Both the position numbers and the translations under genes were made by a program. Positions 43,946 through 54,071 of a stretch of DNA of 64,000 nt are shown piece after piece. Numbering within the stretch: position 1 is the stretch's first letter; every line of letters begins with the position of its first letter. The notes below the pieces were generated by a model. That model ran no database searches. It worked only from the letters and a program-made list of their open reading frames with translations, and had not been told where the DNA came from. Source of the stretch: an uncultured Gemmatimonadales bacterium (lineage in GTDB: Bacteria; Gemmatimonadota; Gemmatimonadetes; Longimicrobiales; Gaopeijiaceae); contig CAWGKG010000023.1 of the NCBI GenBank assembly GCA_963823035.1, positions 64,001 through 128,000 on the forward strand, written 5' to 3'.

Positions 43946-46016
43946 TCAAGGCGCCCCCCCACCCCGCAGCCTCTGCAGGAACTGGAGGTAGTTGCCGTCG
44001 GCCGGGTGCCGCGTCCACGGCGCGCTGCGCCCAACGCAGCGCCGTCGTCCTGCTCGCCCAGGAGCACGGAGGCCTGCGCGTGGGCGAAGGCGGCCCGCGC
44101 GCGGATGCTGTCCGGGAGGGAGCCGTCCCGCCAGATCATGTCGGTCGTGTCCTTCACCGCCCGCCGCGCGGCGGCCGACTCGTCGTCGTCGAGGATGAAG
44201 AGCTGGCGCCACGCCAGGCTGTCCGCGCCCGCGATCGTCAGGCGGCCGCGCGGGAGGCGGCTCGGCCTCGCGCTCGACCCTCAGCGTCACGCCGATCGTG
44301 TCCGCCGGAGCCCCGGCGCCCCAACCCACGATCACCGACGCGCGGTAGCTTCCCGGCGACGCGTCGGTGGCCGCACCGGCTGCACGCGCAGGCGCGTCGG
44401 CGGGGCGCTCCCCCTCGAGGTCGGCGGAGAGCCACCCGTCGGGCGCGCCGGACGGATAGTCGACCCCGACCATCAGTGCGCCGCCTTCCGGGACCGCGCC
44501 CGTCACGTCGACGGTCTCGGCGCGCGGGGCTCCCCCCGCCCGCGACCGAGAAGGCCACGGCGCTCCGGGACAGCACGGGCGCCCGCGGGCAGCGTCCGGC
44601 TCGGTCACGGTCACCTCGGTGGCACCCACGAGCTCCCCCGCGCGCCGCACGTACCGACGCCGAACCCGCGCGCACGCCGTGGACCACGCCGCGCGCGTCC
44701 ACCGTGACCACATCCGGGCTCCCGCTCGTCCACTGCACCGCGACGTCGGGCAGCACCGATCCATCGGCGGCCCGCACGCTCGCGGCCACCTGCGCGTCCT
44801 GACCCACCTCGATGGAGACCGACGGCGGCACGCGGACCTCGGAGGGCTCCGGCGCCTTCGGCGAAGTCAGGACGGTGGCCGAGGACCACTCCGACCACCA
44901 CGACCGCTCCAGCGGCGGCCCCCCACCCGAGCAGGCGACGCCGTCCGCCGGCGGCGGGGGTCGGCACGGCGGTGGGCGGCGTGAAGGCCCGCTCGCCGCG
45001 CGGTGCCACGACCGTGGCCGGGAGGTGCTCCGCCGGGGGCCGCGGCCGCCTGTCGCTCGGCGGGTCTCGACCGACGGGGCCGCCTCCGGCTCCGCGACCG
45101 CCGCGGCGTCGGCCCCGTACACGGCCTCCCAGACCTCGCGCGCGAAGGCCAGCGCGTTCTCCGGGCGCGCCTCCCGGTCGCGCGCGAGCGTCCGGTCCAG
45201 CAGCTGCTGCACGGGCCTCGGGAAGTCCAGGCCCGGCGCGACGTCGGCGAGCTTGAGCGGATCGCGGGTGAGGCGATCGACCATCAGCTCCTGCGTGCTC
45301 TTCGACCGGTACGGCAGGTCGCCCGAGATCATGCGGAAGAGCACGATCCCCAGCGAGTATACGTCGCTGCGCCCGTCGAGCGGATCCCCGGTGAGCTGTT
45401 CGGGGCTCATGTACTCCGGCGTGCCCACCACGAAGCCCATCCGCGTCACGCCGCGCTCCTCCCCCTCGGCGGATCCCTTGGCGATGTCGAAGTCGACCAC
45501 CTTCGCCACGTCGTTCCCGTCGCGGTCCTTCGTGAGCATGACGTTGTCGGGCTTCATGTCGCGGTGCACGATCCCCATGTCGTGCGCCGCCTGCAGCGCC
45601 GAGGCCGCCTGGATCGCGATCCGCGCCGCGCGGTCGAGGGAGAGCGGGCCCTCGCGTCGCAGCAGGCTCGTCAGGCTCTCGCCGTCCACCAGCTCCATGG
45701 CCAGGAACTGCAGACCGTCCGACGTGTCGCTGAAGTCGTAGACCGTGCACACGTTCGGATGGCGGATGGCGGATGCGTTGCGCGCACCGCGCGCGAAGCG
45801 GGCCACGGCCTCCGGATCGCGCGCCAGCGACGCCTTCAGCACCTTGATCGCGTCCTTGCGTCCGATCTTGAGATGCTCGCCGACGTAGACCGCGCCCATC
45901 GCGCCCCACCCCAACAGCTTCACCAGACGGTAGCGGCCCGCCAGCACGGAGCCCACGAGGCTCTCCGGATTCGGCGCGTCTCCGCCTTCCACGTCGGGGG
46001 ACTGCGGCTCGGTCAT
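43946..46016 (-). CDS. Hanks-type Ser/Thr protein kinase with TM helix and extracytoplasmic Ig-like domain(s); several frameshifts in the 3' half, end approximate
   Basis: LGWGAMGAVY, AIKVL, HPNV, HRDMKPDN, VVDFDIAK, GTPEYMSPEQ, RSDVYSLG; TM LLGWGAAAGAVVVVGVVLG; VQWTSGSPDVVTVDARGVV (Big_2). Confidence 0.85.
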
Positions 46017-46211
46017 GGAGGGGTGGGGACAGGTTCCACGAGGGTGGCGGCGACGGCCGCCTGAAGGCGTCGAAAACACTAGGCCCTGTCGTGGGTGGGC
46101 GCCAGGGAGCGCGCGGATGCCACCCGCCGGCGACGCGCGGCTTCTCTGGCGCGGTGCGTGCCTTTTTTCGTATTCGGTAGTAGTCACTGCCCACGCGCGG
46201 CCCGGGTGTGC

Positions 46212-47099
46212 ATGAGCCCTGAAGAGCGAACCGTAGTCTTCTCCGACATCGCCGGCAGCACCCGCATCATCGAGACGGTCGGTGATGTCCAGGGTCATGA
46301 GGTCGTCGCTTCGGTGCTGGAGTGCCTCGCGGAGGTTACCGGGCGGCACCGTGGAATCGTCGTGAAGACGATCGGCGACGAGATCATGTCCTCTTTCGAA
46401 GACCCGGCCGACGCGCTCGCGGCCGCGGTCGAGATGCAACGCGCGCTGCGGGGCCGGCAGCCCGTCCATGGCGTGCACGCGAAGGTACGCATCGGCGTCC
46501 ACGGCGGGCCCGTCCTGATCGCGAACGGCGACCTCCACGGCGACGTGGTGAACACGGCCGCGCGGGTGGTGGCCATGGCCAAGGGGGACCAGATCCTCAC
46601 GACGGAGGATACGCTGCGCTCCGCCGACGTCCCCGACGTCGATCAGCGCGACCTGGGCGAACACCCCCTCAAGGGGAAGGACGCACCGATCCGCCTGAAG
46701 GAGGTGCTCTGGGAGGGGGACCTCACGGGGGTCACGACCGTGATGCCCAGCTTCTCCGCGATCGGGCCGGCCACGCTCGACCTGCTCGTGGGGGGTGAGG
46801 CCCTGACGTTCGCTCCGACCCGTTCGACCCCCATCACGATCGGACGTGGGGAGGGCAGCACCGTGGAGATCCAGGACGCGGCGGCGTCGCGCTCGCACGC
46901 CTCGGTGTCCGCGCGGCACGGGCGCTTCTACCTGATGGACCACAGCACCAACGGTACCTACGTCCTGCCGGAGGGTGAGGGGGAGATCTTCGTCCACCGC
47001 GACGAGGTGCTCCTCCGGGGGAGCGGCGAGATCCGCCTCGGACGCTCCGTGGCGGAAGGCGGCGGCCCCGCCCTGCAGTACGGGGTGCACGGAGGGTGA
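46212..47099 (+). CDS. Class III adenylate/guanylate cyclase with C-terminal FHA domain
   Basis: VFSDIAGST, VKTIGDEIM, VRIGVHGG, GDLHGDVVNTAARV; FHA ITIGRG...ASRSHA...DHSTNGTYV. Confidence 0.88.
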   Translation: MSPEERTVVFSDIAGSTRIIETVGDVQGHEVVASVLECLAEVTGRHRGIVVKTIGDEIMSSFEDPADALAAAVEMQRALRGRQPVHGVHAKVRIGVHGGPVLIANGDLHGDVVNTAARVVAMAKGDQILTTEDTLRSADVPDVDQRDLGEHPLKGKDAPIRLKEVLWEGDLTGVTTVMPSFSAIGPATLDLLVGGEALTFAPTRSTPITIGRGEGSTVEIQDAAASRSHASVSARHGRFYLMDHSTNGTYVLPEGEGEIFVHRDEVLLRGSGEIRLGRSVAEGGGPALQYGVHGG

Positions 47100-47971
47100 G
47101 CCTCTTCCGGAGAAACGAGCCGGGCATCAGGCTGGCCGTGGCCGCCCTGAGCGACGTCGGCAGGTCACGCGACCACAACGAGGACCGCTACCTGGTCGCG
47201 GACCTGACGACGCGCGACACCTCCCTGTCCAACGGGCAGCGCCCCAAGGAGCTCGGCCCCAGGGGATCGCTGCTCCTGGTCGCGGACGGGATGGGCGGGG
47301 CGGCCGCCGGCGAGATGGCCAGCCAGATGGCGGTCGACCTCATCTACGAGCAGCTCGCCACGAGTTGGTCCTCCGAGGACGACCCCTCCCCCGACCTCTT
47401 CGCGCGCAGGGTGCGGGAGGCGGTGGAGCGCGCCAACAGCCGCATCCACGGCGTGTCGCTGGAGCAGCCCCACCTCCAGGGGATGGGCACCACCGCGACG
47501 ATCGTCGGGATCCTCGGGTCCCGGGTCCTCCTCAGCCAGGTCGGCGACTCCCGGGCCTACCTGGTGCGGGACGGGATGGCCGTGCAGATGACGCGGGACC
47601 AGTCGTTCCTGCAGCACCTCCTCGACACCGGCCGGGTGAGCGAGGAGCAGGCCTACGAGATGGCGCCGCGCAACGTCATCCTGCAGGCGCTCGGGCCCAG
47701 CCCCTCGGTGGAGGTGGTCCAGCACTGGCAGCCCATGCTGCGCGGTGACGCCGTGCTCCTCTGCTCGGACGGCCTGTCGGGGCTGGTGTCGGCCGAGGAC
47801 ATCGGAGAGGTGGTGGGCGGCACGGACAACCTGCCCAAGGCGTGTCAGCAGCTCGTGGATCTGGCCAACGAGCGCGGCGGGCCGGACAACATCACGGTGA
47901 TCCTGGCGAGGTTGACGGGGGACGGGCTGATGACGGCGGACGAGGCGGCCGAGGCGGAGGGGGTAGGGTAG
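47096..47971 (+). CDS. PP2C/PPM-family Ser/Thr phosphatase (Stp1/PppA-like)
   Basis: SDVGRSRDHNED, VADGMGG, GMGTT, VGDSRAY, LLCSDGL, GGPDNIT; GTGA overlap with cyclase stop. Confidence 0.92.
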   Translation: MSLFRRNEPGIRLAVAALSDVGRSRDHNEDRYLVADLTTRDTSLSNGQRPKELGPRGSLLLVADGMGGAAAGEMASQMAVDLIYEQLATSWSSEDDPSPDLFARRVREAVERANSRIHGVSLEQPHLQGMGTTATIVGILGSRVLLSQVGDSRAYLVRDGMAVQMTRDQSFLQHLLDTGRVSEEQAYEMAPRNVILQALGPSPSVEVVQHWQPMLRGDAVLLCSDGLSGLVSAEDIGEVVGGTDNLPKACQQLVDLANERGGPDNITVILARLTGDGLMTADEAAEAEGVG

Positions 47972-48155
47972 CGCGCGGTGGACGCTGGACGTCCGGCCCG
48001 GCCCCGTCCTGCTTGCCCCCCGCACGCCCCCGGCCTACCGTGCCTCCCGACCCCACACGGCGGGTGCACCACCTGTCCATAGGCGCCGTGGGCTGTCTCG
48101 GCGGGCGGTCCTCACCTGCCGCCGAAACGAGATCCCCAAGCCATCAGAGGAGCCA

Positions 48156-51100
48156 ATGCTTTCAGGGCGGGTGCAGGTCGGCCATCCGGTCGACATCGCC
48201 ACGGGCGTGGTCACCTCCTCGAGCGTAGACGTCTCGATCAGGGGCCGGATGCCACTCACCTGGGAGCGCGCGTATGGGACACCGCCCGCGGGATCGCGGC
48301 CGGGCCCACTCGGCCCAGGCTGGAGCAGCCGGTATTTCTCGACCCTGCGCCGCACCGAAGCCGGCCACGAGCTGAGCTCCGGAGGGGGCGTCGTCGTGAC
48401 GTTCCTCGACCAGGACGACGCGCTCGGCCGCGGGGAGACCCTTCGTAGTCTGACCACGTTCCAGGAGCTTCGGGCCCGCGGCGGCGAGCTCGTGGTCACG
48501 TCCTGGGATGTCGAGACGTTCGACGTCGAACGCCTCCGGTTCGGGCGCGTTGGAGAGAGCGAAGTCCTACACCTCACCGGCATCGAGCGCGGAGACGGCG
48601 CTGCGCTCTCTCTGACCTACGATCAGGACGCGCGCCTGCGAGCCATCACCCAGGTCCGTGAACGCCGCTCCCTCATGCTCGACTACGCGCCGGGCGACCG
48701 CCTCGGACGCATCCTGCTCGTGCTGGCGAACGGCGGGCAGGAAGTCGTCGTGCGCTACGAGTACGACCGGGACGGCCGCCTTTCCGCTGCCATTGACGCC
48801 CTCGGGCGGGTCGCTCGCTACGAGTACGACCAGGCCTCGCGCCTCACTCACGAGCTGGCGCTGTGCGGCGAGGAGTATTTCTTCGCCTACGACGGCCGCA
48901 GCCGGTGCGTGGAGACGAGCGGCCCCGAGGGGTACGACAGGAAGCTGCTGCGGTTCGTCGACGAAAGGCGTGTGACCGAGCTCCGTGACTCGCGGGGCGG
49001 GCTGTGGCGGTACCACTGGAACGAGTTGGGACAGGTCGTCATGGCGATCTCGCCACGAAGCGCTGCCGAGGTCACCCGATACGACGAGCACGGACGCATC
49101 GTCGAGACCCTGGACGCCTACGGACGCGCCATTACCTACGCCTACGACGACCTGGGCAACCGCGTCTCGGTCAAGCACCCCAACGGATCGGAGACCACGT
49201 CACGCTTCGACGAGCACCACCGGTTGGTGTCCACCACCGATCCCCTGGGCGCGACATGGGACTATGCGTACGGCGGGGTGGCGTGGTCCCCGACGGAGAT
49301 CACGGTCCCCACGGGCCTGACCTGGCGCCGCAACGTGAGCGGTGACGGCGATCTCCTGACGATGGAGAACTCGGAAGGAGGGGCGTGGTGGTTCGCATAC
49401 GACGAGTTCGGCCAGCTCGTCGCGATGACCGATTGGACGGGGGCCACGTGTCGGTACGCCCACGATGACCGAGGCAACATCGCCGAGCTGATGGACCCCG
49501 AAGGTGGCACGACCCGCTACGTGTACAACGCCGTCGGCAACCCGACCTGGGTCCGATACCCCGACGAATCGATACGCACGATGTCGTACGACCGATGGGG
49601 GCGGGTAGCCAGGGTCGAGGCGAACGGCCTCCGCACGGACTACGAGTACGGACCGAGCTGCAGCACGGTGCGCAGGGAGAGCGACTCGGCGGGCAGGGTC
49701 ACCGAGTACCTCTGGGGCTCCGAACCCGGCATGCTGCTCGGCGTCGTGGATCCCAAGGGAGAACGCCATTCTTTCGTCTACGACCAGGACGGCTACCTGG
49801 TCGAGGATACATTCCCCAACGGTCGCATCATCCGCTACGTCCGGGATCTGTGCGGCTTCGTGACCGAGCGGACCAACGGCGCGGGAGAGACCACGGTCTA
49901 CGAGCGCGATCCGGTCGGGCGCATCGTCCGGGCTGCGTTCCACGATGGCTCGGAAGCGCGATTCGAGTACGACGCCGTCGGTCTGGAAGTGCGGGCCGAG
50001 AACGCCGAAGGAGCCGTCGAGATCGAGAGGAACATCGCGGGCGATCGGGTGCGCGAGTCGTTCGGCGGCGTCACCGTGGAGAGCGAATACGACGTCTTCG
50101 GCCAGCGAACCGCCCGTCGATCGAGCCTCGGAGGTAGCACTAGGTTTCGCTACGACCGCCACGGCAGGATCGAGGAGGTGGGGATCTCCGAGGGCGACCG
50201 CTACGCGCGGGATCTGGACGGCATGGGCCGGGAAGTGAGGGCCCGGTTCGGGTCGACGGAGATCCTGAGCCGGTACGACCCCATGGGTCGACTCGCCTAC
50301 CGGTGGGCCGGACAGGCCGAAGCCGGCGACCGTCGCCCGCAGCCCGATCGCAGACCCCGAAGTGTGAGCGAGCGGCGATTCTCCTACGATGAACATGGGA
50401 ACCCAACCGAGATCTCGGAGGATCGGTGGGGGACCCGCGCGTTCCGATACGATGCTGCGGATCATGTGACCGAGGTGCTTTCACGCGACGAAGTCCTCGA
50501 GTCGTACCGCTACGATGCCAACGGGAATGTCATCGCGCAGAGGAGAACGATCCATCGTCGGCCCGAGGAATACGCTGCCGAACGCCTCGTGGGGCCCGCA
50601 AATCAGATCCAGAGCGAGGACGGGATCCGCTACGAGTACGATGGAGACGGGCGTCTGATACGCATGACGGATCGCGCTGCGCCGGAACAAGGGGGCGCCT
50701 GGGAGTTTTCCTGGGGGCCGTTGGGGCTTCTGGCGACCGTGACGTCCCCCGATGCCGAAGTCTGGCGATACGCCTACGACGCGTTCGGCCGGAGGATCCG
50801 GAAATCCGGGCCAGGCGTCGACACGGGCTACGTATGGGACGGCAACGCGGTGATGCACGAGCTCCGCGACGATGAGTCGTCCCCGGCGACGTGGACCTTC
50901 TGGCCCGACAACTTCGTTCCCATCGCGAAGCAGGTGGATGGACACACCTATCTGGCCGTTACGGATCACCTCGGCACGCCCCGCGAGTTGGTCAGGGAAG
51001 ACGGGACGCTGGTGTGGTCAGCACGTTTCACACTGTGGGGTGATCTCGACGAGTTGGCCGTCTCGGACGTCGAATGCAACCTTCGGTTCCAGGGTCAGTG

Positions 51101-51697
51101 GTTCGACGAGGAATCCGGACTCCACTACAACGGATGTCGATACTACTCCCCGTGGATGGCAGCCTTCATCTCGATGGACCCGCTTTCCCTGATCGGCGGA
51201 TTCAACGGATACCACTACGCGCCGAACCCCCTCCGGTGGATCGACCCGCACGGGCTCAAGGTCGAGCCGCTTCCCTGGACAGCCAGGGGCGTCCGACGGG
51301 CGCTTCCGGAACGCTCACCCGCCGCGACCTCCGTCCAACAGACAGTTCGCCGCCGACGCTCGACCCACCCGGCTGGACCGGTGGCGGCCACCCGCATCAC
51401 CAGCAGCGGAGTCACCTGCTCGGGGATACGCTCGGCGGAAGCGGGAGCGACCCCCGGAACCTCGTCGCCCTGACCGATGGGTCCAATCACCCGGGCATGA
51501 GCACCTTGGAGGGCAGGGTGCGCCGCCATATCCAGCAGCACGGTGGACCGGTCGAATACGAGGTCTCCGTCAGCTACCGGGACAACCACAAGACCCCGAG
51601 CTCCGTTCATATCCGCGCAGTGGACAAGCACGGTGACGTGATCGTCGACGAGCGGGTGGCGAACGGGAGACGTCAAAAGACCAAATGCTGCCCATAG
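48156..51697 (+). CDS. Rhs/YD-repeat polymorphic toxin (DUF6531-type start, Rhs core, C-terminal His-Me finger DNA/RNA non-specific endonuclease); one frameshift near 51274
   Basis: GAGGAG RBS; GHPVDIATG, LGPGWS, many YxYD repeats, TDHLGTP, LRFQGQWFDEESGLHYN, PLRWIDPHGL cleavage motif; tip in the next frame LDSQGRPTG...PPGW...RSHLLGDTLGGSG..RNLV...N. Confidence 0.88.
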
Positions 51698-51719
51698 GCC
51701 GAGAACAGGAGAGTGATCG

Positions 51720-52274
51720 ATGTCCAGGACGCGCGAATTCCCGGCGCTGGAGGTATCCGCCACACCGGCGGTCACCGCAACTCGCGATGAGATGGAAAGG
51801 GTCCGTCTGAGAGAGGGATTCGAGCTGCCGGCGTCCTACCGAGACTTCGCGGACAGGCTCGGGTACGGTCTTCTTTGTGATCTCCTGATCATCTACATCC
51901 CCATGGGGAGCCACGGAGACTCGCTCCCCGTGAGGCACCAGGAGATGCGGGAGACCATCGAAGAGTCCCTGGAGGCCGACCTCGTCGAGTACGAACCGGA
52001 CGGTTCTCGCGAGCTCCTGCAGCGACTGGTCCCCTTCGGAATCAGCGAGAACGGCCACACCCTCGCGTGGGATCCCGAAGAGCCCACGGGCGACGGAGAG
52101 TACATGATCTTCGTCATCGGCTCCAAGTACCTCGCGGTGCGGCGAGGAGCGCCCGACCTGTACGCGTTCGTGGAGAGCTGTCTGGACGGACGGGTAAAGG
52201 GAATGCTCGGCTCGGGCTACGAGCCGCTGCCCGCCCGGTTCCGGCCCATGAAGCGCGGGTGGGTGCCGGTCTAG
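51720..52274 (+). CDS. SMI1/KNR4 (SUKH) family immunity protein
   Basis: EMERVRLREGFELPASYRDF...G.G, LVPFGISENGHTLAWD; directly downstream of the Rhs tip. Confidence 0.8.
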   Translation: MSRTREFPALEVSATPAVTATRDEMERVRLREGFELPASYRDFADRLGYGLLCDLLIIYIPMGSHGDSLPVRHQEMRETIEESLEADLVEYEPDGSRELLQRLVPFGISENGHTLAWDPEEPTGDGEYMIFVIGSKYLAVRRGAPDLYAFVESCLDGRVKGMLGSGYEPLPARFRPMKRGWVPV

Positions 52275-52276
52275 CT

Positions 52277-53065
52277 CTACGATGGCTCCGTGCGGCCAGC
52301 AAGCTGGCCCATGAATAGCGCATGGGCAGGGCCACAGCGCACGGCTTCGAGTTCTTCCCTCAATCTGGCGCGCTCCACACCCGCCGCTTCCGCCGTCGCG
52401 ATCTCAGCTCGCCACCGTCGTTGCGCGAGTCGGGCGCGCGCCGCGCCGATCGGTAGCAGCAGTAGACCGCCCAGCAGGCCTAAGAGGGGGATCGGTGACA
52501 CCAGAATCACTGCCGCCAGCACGCATCCAAGTGCGACGATTCGAGCCCCCCCGGTGGCCAATGCCTGGACCTGCTCCACCGTGTGCGCCTCGCGCGCGAC
52601 GAACGCGAGCGCCCTTCTGATCTCCACCCGACGCGGCTCCGCGGCTGCGGCCGTGGCAGGCAACGGAACCAGCGTGAGCATGCCATCCACTGTGCGTTGC
52701 GGCAGTCCAGGTACGCTCCCCAAGGTGTTGGACAGCGCCCTCAGGTCTATTTGTGCCTCGGTCCACAGCTCGAGGACCTGCTGCTGCCACGACAGCAGTC
52801 GTCGCGCATCGTCGATAGCGAAGCCCACGTAGAGCGGCACAGCCACCGCAAGCAAGAGCAGTGGCAGACGAGACCACGTGATCAAGGCCACCAGAATCGT
52901 TCCCACCAACACGATGCTCACCGAGACGACCAGATTGCGATAGCGTCGCGCACGGCCGCGAATCGCATCGGTGGTGGCGTCGATGGCCGATCGATAGGCT
53001 GAATCGTGTGCGTGGGTTTTCCCCCGGCCGGGCTTAGCCAACGACGCCATGCGCGTCTCTGCCAA
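52277..53065 (-). CDS. Hypothetical membrane protein (two TM hairpins); start may be the ATG near 53050
   Basis: Long ORF with two hydrophobic helix pairs; visibly more A/T-rich codon usage than its flanks. Confidence 0.5.
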   Translation of the reverse strand: MAETRMASLAKPGRGKTHAHDSAYRSAIDATTDAIRGRARRYRNLVVSVSIVLVGTILVALITWSRLPLLLLAVAVPLYVGFAIDDARRLLSWQQQVLELWTEAQIDLRALSNTLGSVPGLPQRTVDGMLTLVPLPATAAAAEPRRVEIRRALAFVAREAHTVEQVQALATGGARIVALGCVLAAVILVSPIPLLGLLGGLLLLPIGAARARLAQRRWRAEIATAEAAGVERARLREELEAVRCGPAHALFMGQLAGRTEPS

Positions 53066-53294
53066 AGAGGATCTCTTCCTTGAGCGGATCGATATGGCGT
53101 CTCTCTCCGGGGCTCGCGATCAGACGCGGCGTCATAGGGGGTGAAGCGCCCTCGGTCAGAGCGGCGAGATCTTGCGCGGTCCTACACCGTGCCCTACGCG
53201 ATATCGAAAGGACGACCACCACTCGGACGGCGTCGTTCATGGCCGGCTTGCTGCGGGCCTCGTGGATCCGGACCGGATCCTCAGAGGATCACCT

Positions 53295-54059
53295 TCAGCC
53301 AGCGCCCCGGCCGCCTTGGAGCCGGGACACTCCCGCTTGAACGCCCGCCTGCACCGCACCCTGCGCAGCATTGACCGCCAGCCCGCGCACCATGGCCTCG
53401 ATGCTCACGCCCACCAGCACGTTGCTGAACCCCAGCGTCATGGCGTTGGGCACGATGGGAATATCACTGCAGGACGTCGCCATCAGCGGCGCGACAAAGG
53501 CCAGCGGGCCACCATTGACGGTGACGTTCGGACTGCCGACGGCTGTCGAGCCCTGCGAGCCCGGGTACGGCAGCGGCGGGAGGAGCAGCTTCACCCACGT
53601 CTGCCACTGGGTGAATGCGCTGAAGGACCCTTTGACCGACTCGAGCGCCGCTGCCTTGCTACTCGTGTCGATCCCGGTGACATCCTTGAGGAAGCTCTCC
53701 GCCGCAGGCGGTTTCGGTATCAACGCACCGATCATCGCGATCGCGATGTTGGCGAAAATCGTCAGCGCCATGAGCCCGAGCGCCATCGGAATGTTCGTGA
53801 GGTAGCGCTTCCAATAGCTCGGCATGTTCGGCGGCAACACCGGCACACCCTGTGGCACGTGCGCCGAGTATCCCATCGCCCCCACCGCGCAGGCCGGCAT
53901 GCTGTTGATCAGGACGTCCGCCTTCGGGAAGGACGGTGTATGCCAGAGGAAGATGGAGCCGAAATACGGATGGACCGGGATACCGGGAATCGGCGTGACC
54001 GCATGCACGTCCACACCGACGATCATGTCCATCAGCTTCACGGCCGGCCAGTTGGGCAT
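53295..54059 (-). CDS. Stand-alone PAAR-like protein with internal hydrophobic helix (Rhs N-terminal-like module)
   Basis: VGVDVH...PVHPYFG, VLINSMPACAVG, TM IPMALGLMALTIFANIAIAMIGALI, GSPNVTVNGGP, GFSNVLVG; last gene of the vgrG-DUF2169 run. Confidence 0.6.
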   Translation of the reverse strand: MPNWPAVKLMDMIVGVDVHAVTPIPGIPVHPYFGSIFLWHTPSFPKADVLINSMPACAVGAMGYSAHVPQGVPVLPPNMPSYWKRYLTNIPMALGLMALTIFANIAIAMIGALIPKPPAAESFLKDVTGIDTSSKAAALESVKGSFSAFTQWQTWVKLLLPPLPYPGSQGSTAVGSPNVTVNGGPLAFVAPLMATSCSDIPIVPNAMTLGFSNVLVGVSIEAMVRGLAVNAAQGAVQAGVQAGVSRLQGGRGAG

Positions 54060-54071
54060 TCCTCGGCTCCG

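Noticed and set aside
53264..53290. Overlapping short palindromes (ggatccggaccggatcc; gatcctcagaggatc) after the PAAR-like gene
   Set aside because: Short and without a U-tract; could be a weak terminator but cannot be distinguished from chance
47972..53294. Invertible cassette around the Rhs-immunity genes
   Set aside because: No inverted repeats found by eye at the two junctions and no recombinase in the window
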